IMG/VR virus record: IMGVR_UViG_3300050196_000164
Coordinates: 1-39,374 of that record
DNA from: a virus
Lineage: Duplodnaviria > Caudoviricetes
Strand: one strand, 5' to 3'
Length of the DNA stretch: 39,374 nt
A model generated the notes under the pieces. The model did not search any database. It had not been told where the DNA came from and saw nothing but the letters and a program-made list of their open reading frames with translations. Shown in pieces: positions 8,339 to 18,600 of this stretch; within the stretch, counting starts at the first letter, position 1; each line of letters opens with the position of its first letter. Position numbers and translations under genes: made by a program.

Positions 8339-9952
8339 ATGAGCCGCCTAACCATCACCGGCTTTCGCGGGGTGAACCTGGCACTCAGCCCGAAGAACCT
8401 GGCTGATGTGCAGGGCATCATCGCGGAGAACATCAAACCCACCCGCGGCGACATGCGGCCCTGGCGCGTGCCGCTGGCCGTGGCCACGGTGCCCGCGTCG
8501 CCTGCGCGGCAGACTCTGTGGCGCATGGGCCGAGACACGCCCAGCGACACGAACTACTGGCTGTCCTGGGCCGGCCGCGTCAACGTCATCCGGGGCTTCA
8601 ACGCCTCGGACCCGACCGAGAAGACCTACTACACCGGCGACGGCACGCCGAAGTGGACCGACAACACCAAGGCCCTGGCCAGCGCACCCTATCCGACCGC
8701 CTGGCGCGAACTCGGCGTGCCCAAGCCGGCCACGGCCGCGGTGCTGTCCTTGACCACGGACGGCGCCACGGGCACGGCCGAGGATGTCTATGCGCTGGAG
8801 ACGTTCGTCACAGATGCGGGCGAGGAAAGCTCACCAGGCCTGCCCTCGTCCAAGGTGACATGCAAGGCGGGCGCACTCCTGTCCCTGACCAGCCTGGCCG
8901 CGGCACCCTCGGGCAGCTACGGCGTGAACCGGCGCCGGATCTACTGCACCAAGGTGGGCGACAGCGCAACGAACTACTACCTCGCGGCTGAGGTGGCCAT
9001 TGGCACCACGACGGTGGCAATCAACACGGCCGCGCTGAATGATGTGCTGGCCACCGAGGGCTGGGCCATGCCACCGGCCGACGGGCACAGCCTGTGCGCC
9101 CTGTGGTACGGCATGGCGGCGATGCTCTCCGGCAAGTCGCTGCGATTCTGTGTGCCCGAAACGCTCTATGCGTGGCCGACCAGCTACCGCATGCTGCTGA
9201 ACGACACGGGCGTGGCCCTGGCCACCTTCGACCAGACCCTTGTGGTGCTGACCACGGGCAAGCCCTACCTGATCCAAGGCCAAGACCCGCAGGCGATGTC
9301 GCAGATCCCGCACTCGATCGACCAGGCCTGCGTGTCGGCCCGGTCGGTGGTGTCGCTGGGCGACATGGTGGTGTGGGCGTCGCCCGACGGCCTGTGCAAT
9401 GCCAGCAACGCTGGCCATGGCGTTCTGACCCAGGGCATTGCCACCCGTGACGACTGGCAGGCCCTGAAGCCTGACACCATGGTGGGCTTCCAGTACGAGG
9501 GGGTCTATGGGGCCTTCTTCAACGACGGGAGCGGCCTGCGGGCGCTGCTGATCGACCCGCAGAACCCCAATGGCTTGTGGTTCCTGTCCACGGGCTACGA
9601 GGCGGCCGTGCGCGACCCGGTGACCGATGCGCTCTACGTGGAGTCGGCCGGGTCGGTGCAGAAGTGGGACGCAGGTGCGTCGCTGATGACCGCCCGCTTC
9701 AAGAGCAAGGTGTTCAGGCAGTCAGCGCCGGTGCTGTACGAGGCCTTCATGGTGGTGGCCGACAGCTTCAGCAACATGACGCTCAAGGTGTGGGCCGATG
9801 GCGTGCTGCGCATGACCCGCACCGTGACCCATGGGCGCCCCACGCGCATGCCTGACGGCTTCACGGCGAAGGAATGGCAAGTGGAGATCGACACCACGGA
9901 CGCTGTGCAGGCGATCGTGCTGGCCACCGACATCAACGAGCTTGAGGAATGA
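8339..9952 (+). CDS. Tail nozzle / DNA-stabilisation protein (P22 gp10 or T7 gp12 functional analogue)
   Basis: 537 aa beta-propeller-like; motifs 'GFRGVN', 'YYTGDGTPK', 'ACVSARSVV', 'VWASPDGL' and 'FKSKVF' are typical of podovirus tail tubular proteins. Confidence 0.7.
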   Translation: MSRLTITGFRGVNLALSPKNLADVQGIIAENIKPTRGDMRPWRVPLAVATVPASPARQTLWRMGRDTPSDTNYWLSWAGRVNVIRGFNASDPTEKTYYTGDGTPKWTDNTKALASAPYPTAWRELGVPKPATAAVLSLTTDGATGTAEDVYALETFVTDAGEESSPGLPSSKVTCKAGALLSLTSLAAAPSGSYGVNRRRIYCTKVGDSATNYYLAAEVAIGTTTVAINTAALNDVLATEGWAMPPADGHSLCALWYGMAAMLSGKSLRFCVPETLYAWPTSYRMLLNDTGVALATFDQTLVVLTTGKPYLIQGQDPQAMSQIPHSIDQACVSARSVVSLGDMVVWASPDGLCNASNAGHGVLTQGIATRDDWQALKPDTMVGFQYEGVYGAFFNDGSGLRALLIDPQNPNGLWFLSTGYEAAVRDPVTDALYVESAGSVQKWDAGASLMTARFKSKVFRQSAPVLYEAFMVVADSFSNMTLKVWADGVLRMTRTVTHGRPTRMPDGFTAKEWQVEIDTTDAVQAIVLATDINELEE

Positions 9953-9955
9953 GGA

Positions 9956-11278
9956 ATGGACCGCTTCCGCGACCTTCCCACCATCACCCAGGCTGACATC
10001 AACAACCCCGCGTCGCTGGCGATGAAGCTGGCCGCGCTGGTGGAGAACGTGCGCATCCTGTGTGGCACGGCCGGCCCGGCTTCGATGCACGCCGTGAATC
10101 GCACTGGGCTGCAGGGCATCGGACTCGTGGACTCCGACGGCAACCCCACCGGGGCGGGCGGATCTGGCGACATTGACCTGACGCCGCCCCCCACGCCGAC
10201 CGGCCTGGCCGCTGGTGGCGGCCTGACGCACCTGTTTGTGTCGTGGGACGCGCCCACCTACACCCAGGGCCACGGCAACGGCCAGACCAACATCTACGGG
10301 GCGAAGTACCCCGGCACAGGCGCGCTTCCCACCTTCGCGGACGCGGTGCTGATCGATTCCGAGGTCTTCGGCACCGACATCGCGGCCATTCCCAGCGAGC
10401 CCAACACCGAGTGGCACGTGTGGGCCAAGTTCCAGTCGCGCGATGGGGTGGAGTCGGTTGCGCCCGCTGGCGGCACCAATGGCGTGGTGGCGCATACCGG
10501 CGTGGACGTGAAGAACCTGCTGGACACGCTGACCAATGCCGCGCTCAGCCCGACCAGCCCGTACAGCCGCATCCTGTTCCGGGCTGATCTGTTCGCCGTG
10601 GGACCGGAACTGGAATTCAACCAAGAAGCCACGCCGACCGGAACGGCCGTGGGACAGCTTTGGTACAAGCCGTCGACCGGGGTCACGCAATCGTGGAGCG
10701 GCGCCGCCTGGACGCCGTTCAGCGTGCCCTTGCCGTTCATCATCAACACGCGCCCCACGGTCATCAACGGCGTGACGATCCCGGCCGGGGTCTACATGGA
10801 CTCGGCTTTCATCTACGACCTGACCGCGGCCGTCGCGCGCATGGGCATAGCCTGGATCGACAGCGCGATGATCGCCAGCTTGTCGGCCAGCAAGCTCACG
10901 GCCGGCTCCATCAACGTCGGCGCCTACATCCAGTCCACCGGCTACACCGGCTCAGGGCACAACGAATGGCGCATCGACGGCAACGGCACGGCGCGCTTCT
11001 ATGACTGCATCGTGTACGGCACGGTGTACGCCAATGCGGGATCGATCGGTGGCATCAGCATCTACTCGAACGCGATCGAGAGCAGCAACTACAACGGCAC
11101 CTCGGCCGGGTTCCGCTTGGATGGCACGCTGGGCAAACTCTTCGCCTACAGCGGGGAATTTGGTGGCACCCTGGCCGTCAAGAGCGCAGCGTCAGGCCAG
11201 CGCACTGAAATCACCAACGCTGGCATCAAGGTGTTCAACAGCGCCGGCACCGAGGTCATCACCCTGGGCGTCTTCTGA
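9956..11278 (+). CDS. Tail tip / central fibre protein (FN3-like domain plus DUF1983-like region)
   Basis: 'PPPTPTGLAA..LFVSWDAP' FN3-like segment, 'IDSAMIASLSASKLTAGSI' and 'WRIDGNG' host-specificity-J-like motifs. Confidence 0.7.
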   Translation: MDRFRDLPTITQADINNPASLAMKLAALVENVRILCGTAGPASMHAVNRTGLQGIGLVDSDGNPTGAGGSGDIDLTPPPTPTGLAAGGGLTHLFVSWDAPTYTQGHGNGQTNIYGAKYPGTGALPTFADAVLIDSEVFGTDIAAIPSEPNTEWHVWAKFQSRDGVESVAPAGGTNGVVAHTGVDVKNLLDTLTNAALSPTSPYSRILFRADLFAVGPELEFNQEATPTGTAVGQLWYKPSTGVTQSWSGAAWTPFSVPLPFIINTRPTVINGVTIPAGVYMDSAFIYDLTAAVARMGIAWIDSAMIASLSASKLTAGSINVGAYIQSTGYTGSGHNEWRIDGNGTARFYDCIVYGTVYANAGSIGGISIYSNAIESSNYNGTSAGFRLDGTLGKLFAYSGEFGGTLAVKSAASGQRTEITNAGIKVFNSAGTEVITLGVF

Positions 11279-11553
11279 TGGCCGCGCCGCAGCTTGTGGT
11301 GCGCAACAGCGCCGGCACCATCACCTTCGATTCGCGCCTAGCCACCGAGGCGTGCGTGCTGGACGTTCTCACAGTTGCAGCCGGGGCGACTGGCACCTAC
11401 ACCTATCCCCTGTTTCCTGGCCGATCTGCCGTCACGCTCCTGGCCTACACACAGGTGGGGTGGGGTGTGACCGTGGATACCGCCCTGGGCTATCCGCGCG
11501 TGACAGTTTCGACACTGCCATTTGACCGGACCATCGTGGTGTTTGCGACATGA
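11278..11553 (+). CDS. Small tail-tip accessory protein
   Basis: TGATG coupling to the upstream gene; N-terminus 'PQLVVRNSAGTITFDS' is typical of small tail-tip proteins. Confidence 0.65.
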   Translation: MAAPQLVVRNSAGTITFDSRLATEACVLDVLTVAAGATGTYTYPLFPGRSAVTLLAYTQVGWGVTVDTALGYPRVTVSTLPFDRTIVVFAT

Positions 11554-12302
11554 CCAGCCCAGCACTGCGCATCGTCGGGCCATCCGGCACGCTGGTGGTG
11601 GACCGCAACGGCAGATCGCTGAACCTGCTGGGCAAGGTTCCTGCCTCTGCGGCCGTGGTGACGCAGGCTTTCGGGTCTTCAGGCACGGGCATCGGGCGCC
11701 GGGCTGGCTACAGCGAATACACCTTCACGGCCAGCGCGGGCCAAGTGCCGGTCCTAGCCTTCGTGGGCATGCAGCCTGGCAAGGTGGTGTCGTCAGTCTC
11801 CCAGCACATCAGTGGGTCCACGATGACGGTACGGGTGTATTGCGGAGGTTCTCCCACTGATTCGGATGGACTGCAGCAGCAGTACGCCACGGACGTGTTC
11901 ATCTTCGGCATGCTGACCTCGGCAACAGGCACCGTGGGGCTGAAGATGAAGAACGATGCTGGCGTTCTGACGCATGTGTTCACTGACACGGACGGGCCGC
12001 CGCTTTTCCCTCGGGGGCGCGTGAGCGAGGCTGGTGTCGTGATCGACCTGGGTACGACGCGGACCATTCCGGAACTGACCTATCCGGCCATCTGCGGCAG
12101 CCCGACGCACTTTGAAGAAACCAGCGCGGCAGATGGTGCGCTCTACAGGGTGACGAATTGGCTTTTCGGATGGGTGTGGAACGGGTCCACGGGCTTGAAT
12201 CTGGATAGCTACCGAAGTCAGGTTTTCACCAATGACGGGCCGCTGATAGAAAGCTGGCCCAGCCCGTCAGAGACGATTGTCATCGACGCCAACGGTCTAT
12301 GA
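11550..12302 (+). CDS. Tail-tip accessory protein
   Basis: ATGA overlap; 'ALRIVGPSGTLVVD' and internal 'GLKMKNDAGVLT' repeats of the same beta-hairpin motif. Confidence 0.65.
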   Translation: MTSPALRIVGPSGTLVVDRNGRSLNLLGKVPASAAVVTQAFGSSGTGIGRRAGYSEYTFTASAGQVPVLAFVGMQPGKVVSSVSQHISGSTMTVRVYCGGSPTDSDGLQQQYATDVFIFGMLTSATGTVGLKMKNDAGVLTHVFTDTDGPPLFPRGRVSEAGVVIDLGTTRTIPELTYPAICGSPTHFEETSAADGALYRVTNWLFGWVWNGSTGLNLDSYRSQVFTNDGPLIESWPSPSETIVIDANGL

Positions 12303-12319
12303 GCAGATCCCGGCAGGGA

Positions 12320-12347
12320 TTGAGTTTTTGGACTTCGCTGCTATGGT
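12320..12347 (+). promoter_or_regulatory. Putative sigma70-type promoter for the GNAT/ejection module
   Basis: TTGAGT (12320-25), 16-nt spacer, TATGGT (12342-47) with an extended-10 TG at 12339-40, in an AT-richer intergenic gap. Confidence 0.4.
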
Positions 12348-12371
12348 TTTTCGAGCCTTCGCCCGTCTGCC

Positions 12372-13010
12372 ATGCCGACCTTCAAGTCTCCTTCAACGCT
12401 GCGGCGAACCCTCGCCTCCCTGCTTGGCACCACGCTGACGCCGGAGGCTGCCGCCGCAATCGAGGTGGCGGCGCAGACGGTGGATGATCACTCGATCGAC
12501 GCCGGCCAGTTCGAGCCCCTGGAGCAGTACGGCTACATCTACCGGATTGAACCCTTCCCCCAGGTGCTGCCTGAACTGCTGGGCCTGCATGCCCTGCACT
12601 TCGCAGAGACAGAGCGGTACCGCCATCACCAAGGCCTCGCGCCCGACTACGACGCGATGCGCATTGACTGGCTGCGCGGCGCGCTGTTGCAGTTCACGGT
12701 GCGGCACCAGGACGACGGGGCATTGGTGGGCAACCTGCGCCTGTACGTGCGCAAGAGCCGCCACACCGGCGCACTGGTGGCGACCGAGGACACGCTTTTC
12801 ATGCACCCCGACCACCGGCAGGGCTTGAAGTCCATCACCCTCCTGCGCTACGCGGAGCAGTGCCTGCGGCGCCTGGGCGTGGTGGAGGTGCGGGCCGACT
12901 CGAAGTTAGCCGCCCAGCGGCCCAACGGCAAACACAGCGCAAGCAGCTTGATGCGGCGCCTGGGCTATGAGCCCGTTTCAATCCAGCACGTGAAGATTTT
13001 GGAGGCCTGA
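12372..13010 (+). CDS. GNAT-family N-acetyltransferase-like protein
   Basis: 'ATEDTLFMHPDHRQG' acetyl-CoA motif A and 'LMRRLGYEPV' motif B; lies immediately before the ejection genes. Confidence 0.75.
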   Translation: MPTFKSPSTLRRTLASLLGTTLTPEAAAAIEVAAQTVDDHSIDAGQFEPLEQYGYIYRIEPFPQVLPELLGLHALHFAETERYRHHQGLAPDYDAMRIDWLRGALLQFTVRHQDDGALVGNLRLYVRKSRHTGALVATEDTLFMHPDHRQGLKSITLLRYAEQCLRRLGVVEVRADSKLAAQRPNGKHSASSLMRRLGYEPVSIQHVKILEA

Positions 13011-13011
13011 T

Positions 13012-14211
13012 ATGTGCTCTGACGCACCCGACACCAGTGGTATCAACGCGGCGGCCGTTGATTCGGCCGCCCTGGGCCACGAAGCCCTCGACTTCTACAA
13101 GGGCGAGGTGCAGCGCACCCAAGGCCAGCGCGACCAGGCTGCGCAGACTGCACAGGAAGTCTCTCAAGCCCAGCTTGAGACGATGAAGACGCAGAACGAC
13201 CTGGCCAAAGACTACGCGGACTACAACAAGACCACGTACCGGCCGCTTGAGCAGCAGATCGTCAAGGAGGCGCAGGCCTACGACACGCCCGAGCGGCAAC
13301 AGGCGGCGGCCGACCAGGCGACGGCCGACGTGCGCGCCGCGTCGAACCGGGCCACGGCTTCAACGGCCCGCACCCTGGCCCGCATGGGCTATGACCCGAC
13401 GGTGGATGCCACGCAAGCTGCCGTCGATGCGTCCCGCGCCGAGGCCGGCGCCGCCACGGGCGCGCGCCGCACGGTGGAGGCGACCGGACGGGCCTTGCGC
13501 TCTGATGCCGCCAACATGGGCCGTGGCCTGGCGAGTTCGCAGGCCACGGCCATCCAGACCGGCACCAACGCCGGCACCGCAGCCGTGGGTGCTGCCGGAT
13601 CTGGCGTGAACATCAACCAGTCCGGGGCCGGCCTGATGCAGGCTGGCTACAGCACCGCGCTGCAGGGCAACCAGACCGCAGGCAGCCTCTACAGCCAGCA
13701 GGCCAACATCCAGCAGCAAGCCAGCGGCATGGACCTGGGCGGCCTGGGCAGCCTGGCAGCCGGTGGCGCCAAGCTTTACAGCGCCTTCGGCAGCGACAAG
13801 AACATCAAGAAGAAGACCGGCCGGATGATGGACACGGCCGAGGCCCTGGAGGAACTGAACGACCACCCGGGCACCGACAACGAACCGGACGAGGGCGAGC
13901 CCACCACGCCGGCCGATCAACTGGCCGCGACCGTGGCCACGCCCGTGCACAAGGGCTGGCAGTACGACCCCGCCAAGGGTGGGCCGGATGACGGTGGCCA
14001 GCCGCATGACGGCCCGATGGCCCAGGACGTTCAACGCAACTTCGGCGGCCGTGCTGCGCCACGCGGCCGAATGATCGACCCGATCACGATGAATGGGCAC
14101 CTGATGGGTGCGGTGCAGCAACTGGCCAAGCAGGACAAGGCCTTGCTGTCCACGGTGCAGGCCTTGTCCAAGCAAGTGAAGGGCCTGAGCGCCCGCATGG
14201 GAGCACGGTAA
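13012..14211 (+). CDS. DNA ejection/internal virion protein with C-terminal peptidase S74-like (intramolecular chaperone) domain
   Basis: Ala/Gln/Gly-rich helical body; 'GSDKNIKK', 'WQY' and 'GPMAQDVQ' resemble S74 motifs; GGAGG SD. Confidence 0.65.
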   Translation: MCSDAPDTSGINAAAVDSAALGHEALDFYKGEVQRTQGQRDQAAQTAQEVSQAQLETMKTQNDLAKDYADYNKTTYRPLEQQIVKEAQAYDTPERQQAAADQATADVRAASNRATASTARTLARMGYDPTVDATQAAVDASRAEAGAATGARRTVEATGRALRSDAANMGRGLASSQATAIQTGTNAGTAAVGAAGSGVNINQSGAGLMQAGYSTALQGNQTAGSLYSQQANIQQQASGMDLGGLGSLAAGGAKLYSAFGSDKNIKKKTGRMMDTAEALEELNDHPGTDNEPDEGEPTTPADQLAATVATPVHKGWQYDPAKGGPDDGGQPHDGPMAQDVQRNFGGRAAPRGRMIDPITMNGHLMGAVQQLAKQDKALLSTVQALSKQVKGLSARMGAR

Positions 14212-15695
14212 TGGGTGTCTTGCGTGGGCTGGCAGCCCTGGGCTACATGGTCAATGGCGCGGCCGACGGCCTGGCCGCAGGTGAGCGCGAGAAGGCGCAG
14301 AAGGAGGAGCAGGCATTCCAGCGCGGCCAGCGGGCGCGAATGGTTGACCAGCAAGGCCGGGATGACCGGCTGCGCGATGACCTGGCCGACGCGACGGCGC
14401 CAGTGCAGGCCAAGCAGGTGCAGCAGGACGGCGAGTTGACCGTTGGTGCCAACGGCCCCGAGATCGCCCAGGGCGACCAGTGGCGCACGGCCGGCACCAA
14501 CTACCCGACCCAGGACGCCGCCGCTGCGGCCGTGCCAGGTGCCAGCACGCCGACGGCGCGTGCTGGGCGCATCCAAGGCGCCTACGACCGCGCCGGCCGG
14601 CCGCTGGATGGCATGCAGGCCCGCATGACCTCGCTGCAGGGCGACGCGGCCGAGAAGCAGCTTCAGGACAGCGACGAGGCACGCGGCCATCGCAAGTTCT
14701 TGCAGTCTGCCGCCACTTCGTTCGCAGAGGGCGGTTGGGCCGGATTCTCGAAGTTCGCGACCGACCAGTACCACGACGGCAAGATCTACACCGCCCAGGA
14801 GGACGGCAAGGGCGGCGCGACCATCATCGCGACGGATGACCAGGGCAAGGAGCTTGGAAAGCAGACCTTCAAGAGCCCCGAGGACGCGATCATGCTGGCC
14901 GCAAGCAAGGCGGACCCGACGAAGTGGGCCGAGTGGAGCGCCGGCCGCAAGGACAAGGAAGCCGACCAGGCCTACAAGACCCGCCATCTGGACATCCTCG
15001 AAAAGGACGTGCAGAGCAAGGGCGATCTCCGGGCAGCCCAGGCCGATGCAGCCGGCGCCCGCGCTGAGGCCGCTGCGCTGCGCGCCCGGCAGGGCGGCAT
15101 GGTGGCGCCCACTGCGCCCGCGCCGGTGTGGGATGCCAAGGCCGACGAGTTCTTGCAGAAGCGGTACACCGTGGCCGACCCGACAACGGGCGCGCTGCAG
15201 GTGGACGGCCAGGGCCTGCAATTCGCCAAGGCGGTTGCAGTTGGCCGGGCCCGGTCCAACGGGGGCGACTTCACCTCGGCCCTGGGCTATGCCTTCGACA
15301 TCGACAACGCCCTGAAGGCCAAGGCCGGCAACGACCCCGAGAAACTGCGCGCGCTGCGCAATGACGCCATGGCGCGCATGCAAATGCCCGCCGCACCAGC
15401 CGCGGCGCCGGCTACCACCGATCAGTCTCCAGCCCGGACTCCGGCTGCGCCGCCAGCACCTGCACCCGCCGCCGCTCCAGCGCCGTCGGCCCGTATGCCG
15501 GCACAGACCGGCGACAAGGTGCTCAACGCGATCAACGATCAGCGCATCGCCCAACTGGGCGAGGCACAGAAGAAGCTGGACGCTGCCAGGCAGATGCTGG
15601 CCGCCGCGGCGCCGTCGGGCGATCAACGCTCGATCGCGCACTACACCCAACAGATCAACGCGGCTCAAGCCGAAGTCGATCGCCTGTCGAAGTGA
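14211..15695 (+). CDS. Internal virion / ejection protein
   Basis: 494 aa, Ala/Gln-rich and helical, N-terminal 'MGVLRGLAALG..GAADG'; TAATG coupling; position between ejection genes. Confidence 0.65.
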   Translation: MGVLRGLAALGYMVNGAADGLAAGEREKAQKEEQAFQRGQRARMVDQQGRDDRLRDDLADATAPVQAKQVQQDGELTVGANGPEIAQGDQWRTAGTNYPTQDAAAAAVPGASTPTARAGRIQGAYDRAGRPLDGMQARMTSLQGDAAEKQLQDSDEARGHRKFLQSAATSFAEGGWAGFSKFATDQYHDGKIYTAQEDGKGGATIIATDDQGKELGKQTFKSPEDAIMLAASKADPTKWAEWSAGRKDKEADQAYKTRHLDILEKDVQSKGDLRAAQADAAGARAEAAALRARQGGMVAPTAPAPVWDAKADEFLQKRYTVADPTTGALQVDGQGLQFAKAVAVGRARSNGGDFTSALGYAFDIDNALKAKAGNDPEKLRALRNDAMARMQMPAAPAAAPATTDQSPARTPAAPPAPAPAAAPAPSARMPAQTGDKVLNAINDQRIAQLGEAQKKLDAARQMLAAAAPSGDQRSIAHYTQQINAAQAEVDRLSK

Positions 15696-18600
15696 GCCCC
15701 ATGGCCAAGAAGACCTCTGCACGCATGCCGGCCAAGTATCTGACCGACCCGGCGCCGGATCTGAACTTCCAAGCCCTCGAAGACTTCGCCTTTGCGCCGG
15801 CGCCGCCCCCCGAGCCCAAGCGCACCCTGGGCAGCACGCTGGCCGATGTGGGCATCAGCGCGCTGAAGGGGGCGATCGGCGTGCCCGAGGCAGCCGTCGG
15901 CCTGGCTGATGCGGTGACGGGTGGCCAGGTGGGCAAGATCCTGGAAAACGAGGGCGGCATGGTGGGCTTCCGGCCCAAGCAGGCCCGGATGATGCTGGAA
16001 GACCAGTATTCAGAGCCGCAGAAGCAGGCCTTCCGTAAGGTGCAGGACGCACACGGCATCGTGGACACGACCGTGGCCGCGTTGCAGAACCCGTCGGTGC
16101 TGGCCCATTCGGTCATCGAGTCCGTGCCGTCGATCGGCGCTGGTGGCGTGGTGGGCCGCGGTGCTGTGGCCCTGGCCCCTCGCCTGGGGGCGGCCGGCGC
16201 CGGTGCGATCGGTGAGGGCGTGGTGTCGGCCGGCCAGACGGCCGAGCAGATCCGGCAGGCTTCGCCCGACGGCACCATGAGCCTGGAGCAGGGCGCGATC
16301 GCGCTGGGCTCCGGTGCCCTGACGGGTGCCCTGTCACTGCTAGGCGGCCGGGTGGCCAAGTCCCTGGGCATCCACGACGTGGACACCATGGTGGCGACTG
16401 CCGCGCGCAGCCCCGAAGTGTCCAAGGGCGTGGTGCGCCGCGTGCTGGAGGGCGCTGCGTCCGAGGGCTTGCTTGAAGAACTGCCGCAGTCCGTTCAGGA
16501 ACAGGTGGCGCAGAACTACGCCACGGGCAAGCCGCTGGATGAAGGCGTTGACCAGGCCGCGGTGCTGGGCACGCTGACCGGTGGCGCCATGGGCGCCGCT
16601 GCCAACGTGATGTCGGGCCGTGGCCATGCGCCGCAGCCCATGGGCATGCCCCCGGTGGGCACCATCATGCCGCCGCCGCCTGCCGCGCCGGTGGCGCCAC
16701 CTGCCGGGCCCATGGGGCGCGCCGTGCAGGCCGGCCAGGCTGTCGGTGCTGTGCCGCCGAATGTGGTGCCAGGCGCCCGCATGGCGCCCGCCGCGCCTGC
16801 CGCGCCGGCTGCCCCCGTGGCGCCGCCGCCCAACACCAACCCGGCAACCGGCGAGATTCTGGCGCCCACCGAGGTGCCCACGACCGACGGACCCGACGGC
16901 TCGCAGCGCGGCACCTTCGCGACCGAGCAGGAAGCCCGCGACTACATTTCTGCCGCGCGCCGCAAGCCGCGCAATGCCGCCATTCAGGCCGAGCCGGTGC
17001 AGCAAGAGGACGGCCGCTGGACGCTGGCCCTGCCAGGCGAGCCAGGCCACTCGAAGCAGGAAGCCCAGGCCACGACGCCGCTGGCACCCCGCGAGGACAC
17101 GGACATCCTGACCGCTTCGGGCAAGCCTTTTGCCACGATGGGATCTGCCCGCGCGAAAGCTGGACAACTGGGCCCCGATCATCAACCCGTAGCCGTCGAT
17201 GGCGGCTTTGTCGTTCGCAAGAACGGGAGCGTGAGCAATGCCAACAGTGCCACCCAAGCAGGACCGACGGATGCTGCCGGAGTGGCTGGTTCAGCCAGTG
17301 ACGGAGAAGGTGGTGACGTTGCAGGAGGCGTGGCACCTGTCGGCGCTGATCGAGGACAAGCGCCGACCTCCGAAGCACCTGATGACGGCACTGGGCAAGC
17401 TGTACCTGTGGCTGATGCAGGCGGACAAGGGCGAGACGGTGCACTGAAGCACAAGTTGCCGGCCGACCTGACCGGCGCCAAGCCCCGCTACAACTACGGC
17501 GGCAAGGCCTTCACGCTGAAATTCGAGGACGATGCCGACCGCGCCGCCTACATCACGGCGCAGAACACGCCATCGAAGCGCGATGCCGACTACCTGGGCT
17601 TTGCGCGCGAAGCGACGGGCCTGGACGATGCCGGCGTGCGGGCCCACGGCGCCAAGGTGCGCGACGCCATCAAGGCCATGGCCAAGGATGCCGACGCGGG
17701 CGAGTTGACCGTGCCGAGCATGGCTCAGGCCAAGCCGCCCGTTCACACGCCGATCGACGCGGCTGCGCACCAGGCAGCCCCCAGCCCGCACAACGACCTC
17801 CGCGAGCCGACCGAGGCCGAGAAGGAAGCCGGGAACTACCCCAAGGGTCACATGCGCCTGGCGGGCATGGATATTTCGATCGAGAACCCGCAGGGTTCCG
17901 TGCGCCGCGGTGTCTCGCCTGACGGCAAGGCCTGGGAGAACACCCTGCATGCCCATTACGGCTATGTGAAGGGCACGCTGGCCAGCGACGGCGACCACTC
18001 CGACGTGTTCGTGAAGCAAGGCACGTCCGAGGACTGGGCCGGCACCGCCTACGTCATCGACCAAGTGGACCCGAAGACGGGCAAGTTCGATGAGCACAAG
18101 ACCGTGCTGGGCGTGGATTCGGAACAGGAAGCGCGCGAGATCTACCTGAAGAACTACGAGCCAGGCTGGAAGGGCCTGGGCGCCATCACGGCCCTGCCGG
18201 TGGCATCCTACAAGTCATGGGTGGCCGACGGCGTGAAGGACAAGCCCCTGGGCGACATCGGCAAGAAGAGCGACGGCGCCACTCCCCCCGCCGCAAAGGG
18301 GGAGCCAACCGACCAAGGAGCCAAGCATGGCGAAGAAGAACGGCGGCAAGAAACGCTGCTGAGCGGTGAGGCGCAGCCGGGTGAAGGCACGACGAAGGCT
18401 GCGCCTACCCATCCCACCATCGAGCACGTGACCGGCAAGGGCAAGACCCTGCGCGGCATCGTGCGCACGGACCTGAACGAGAAGCAGGCCCGGGAGATTG
18501 ACAGTGGCACGTTCCGCAAAAACGGCGGCTGGTTCCTCCGACAGGAGCGATACGACGCCCACGAAGCCAGCACCAGCGCCCAGGGCGATCAAGCGCCAAA

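Noticed and set aside
12299-12487. 62-aa ORF overlapping the GNAT start
   Set aside because: Spans a promoter-like gap and overlaps the GNAT out of frame; atypical codons and no SD.
17112-17192. Additional +1-frame peptide (LPRWDLPARKLDNWAPIINP)
   Set aside because: Codon bias is suggestive, but there is only a TTG start with no SD; not supportable.
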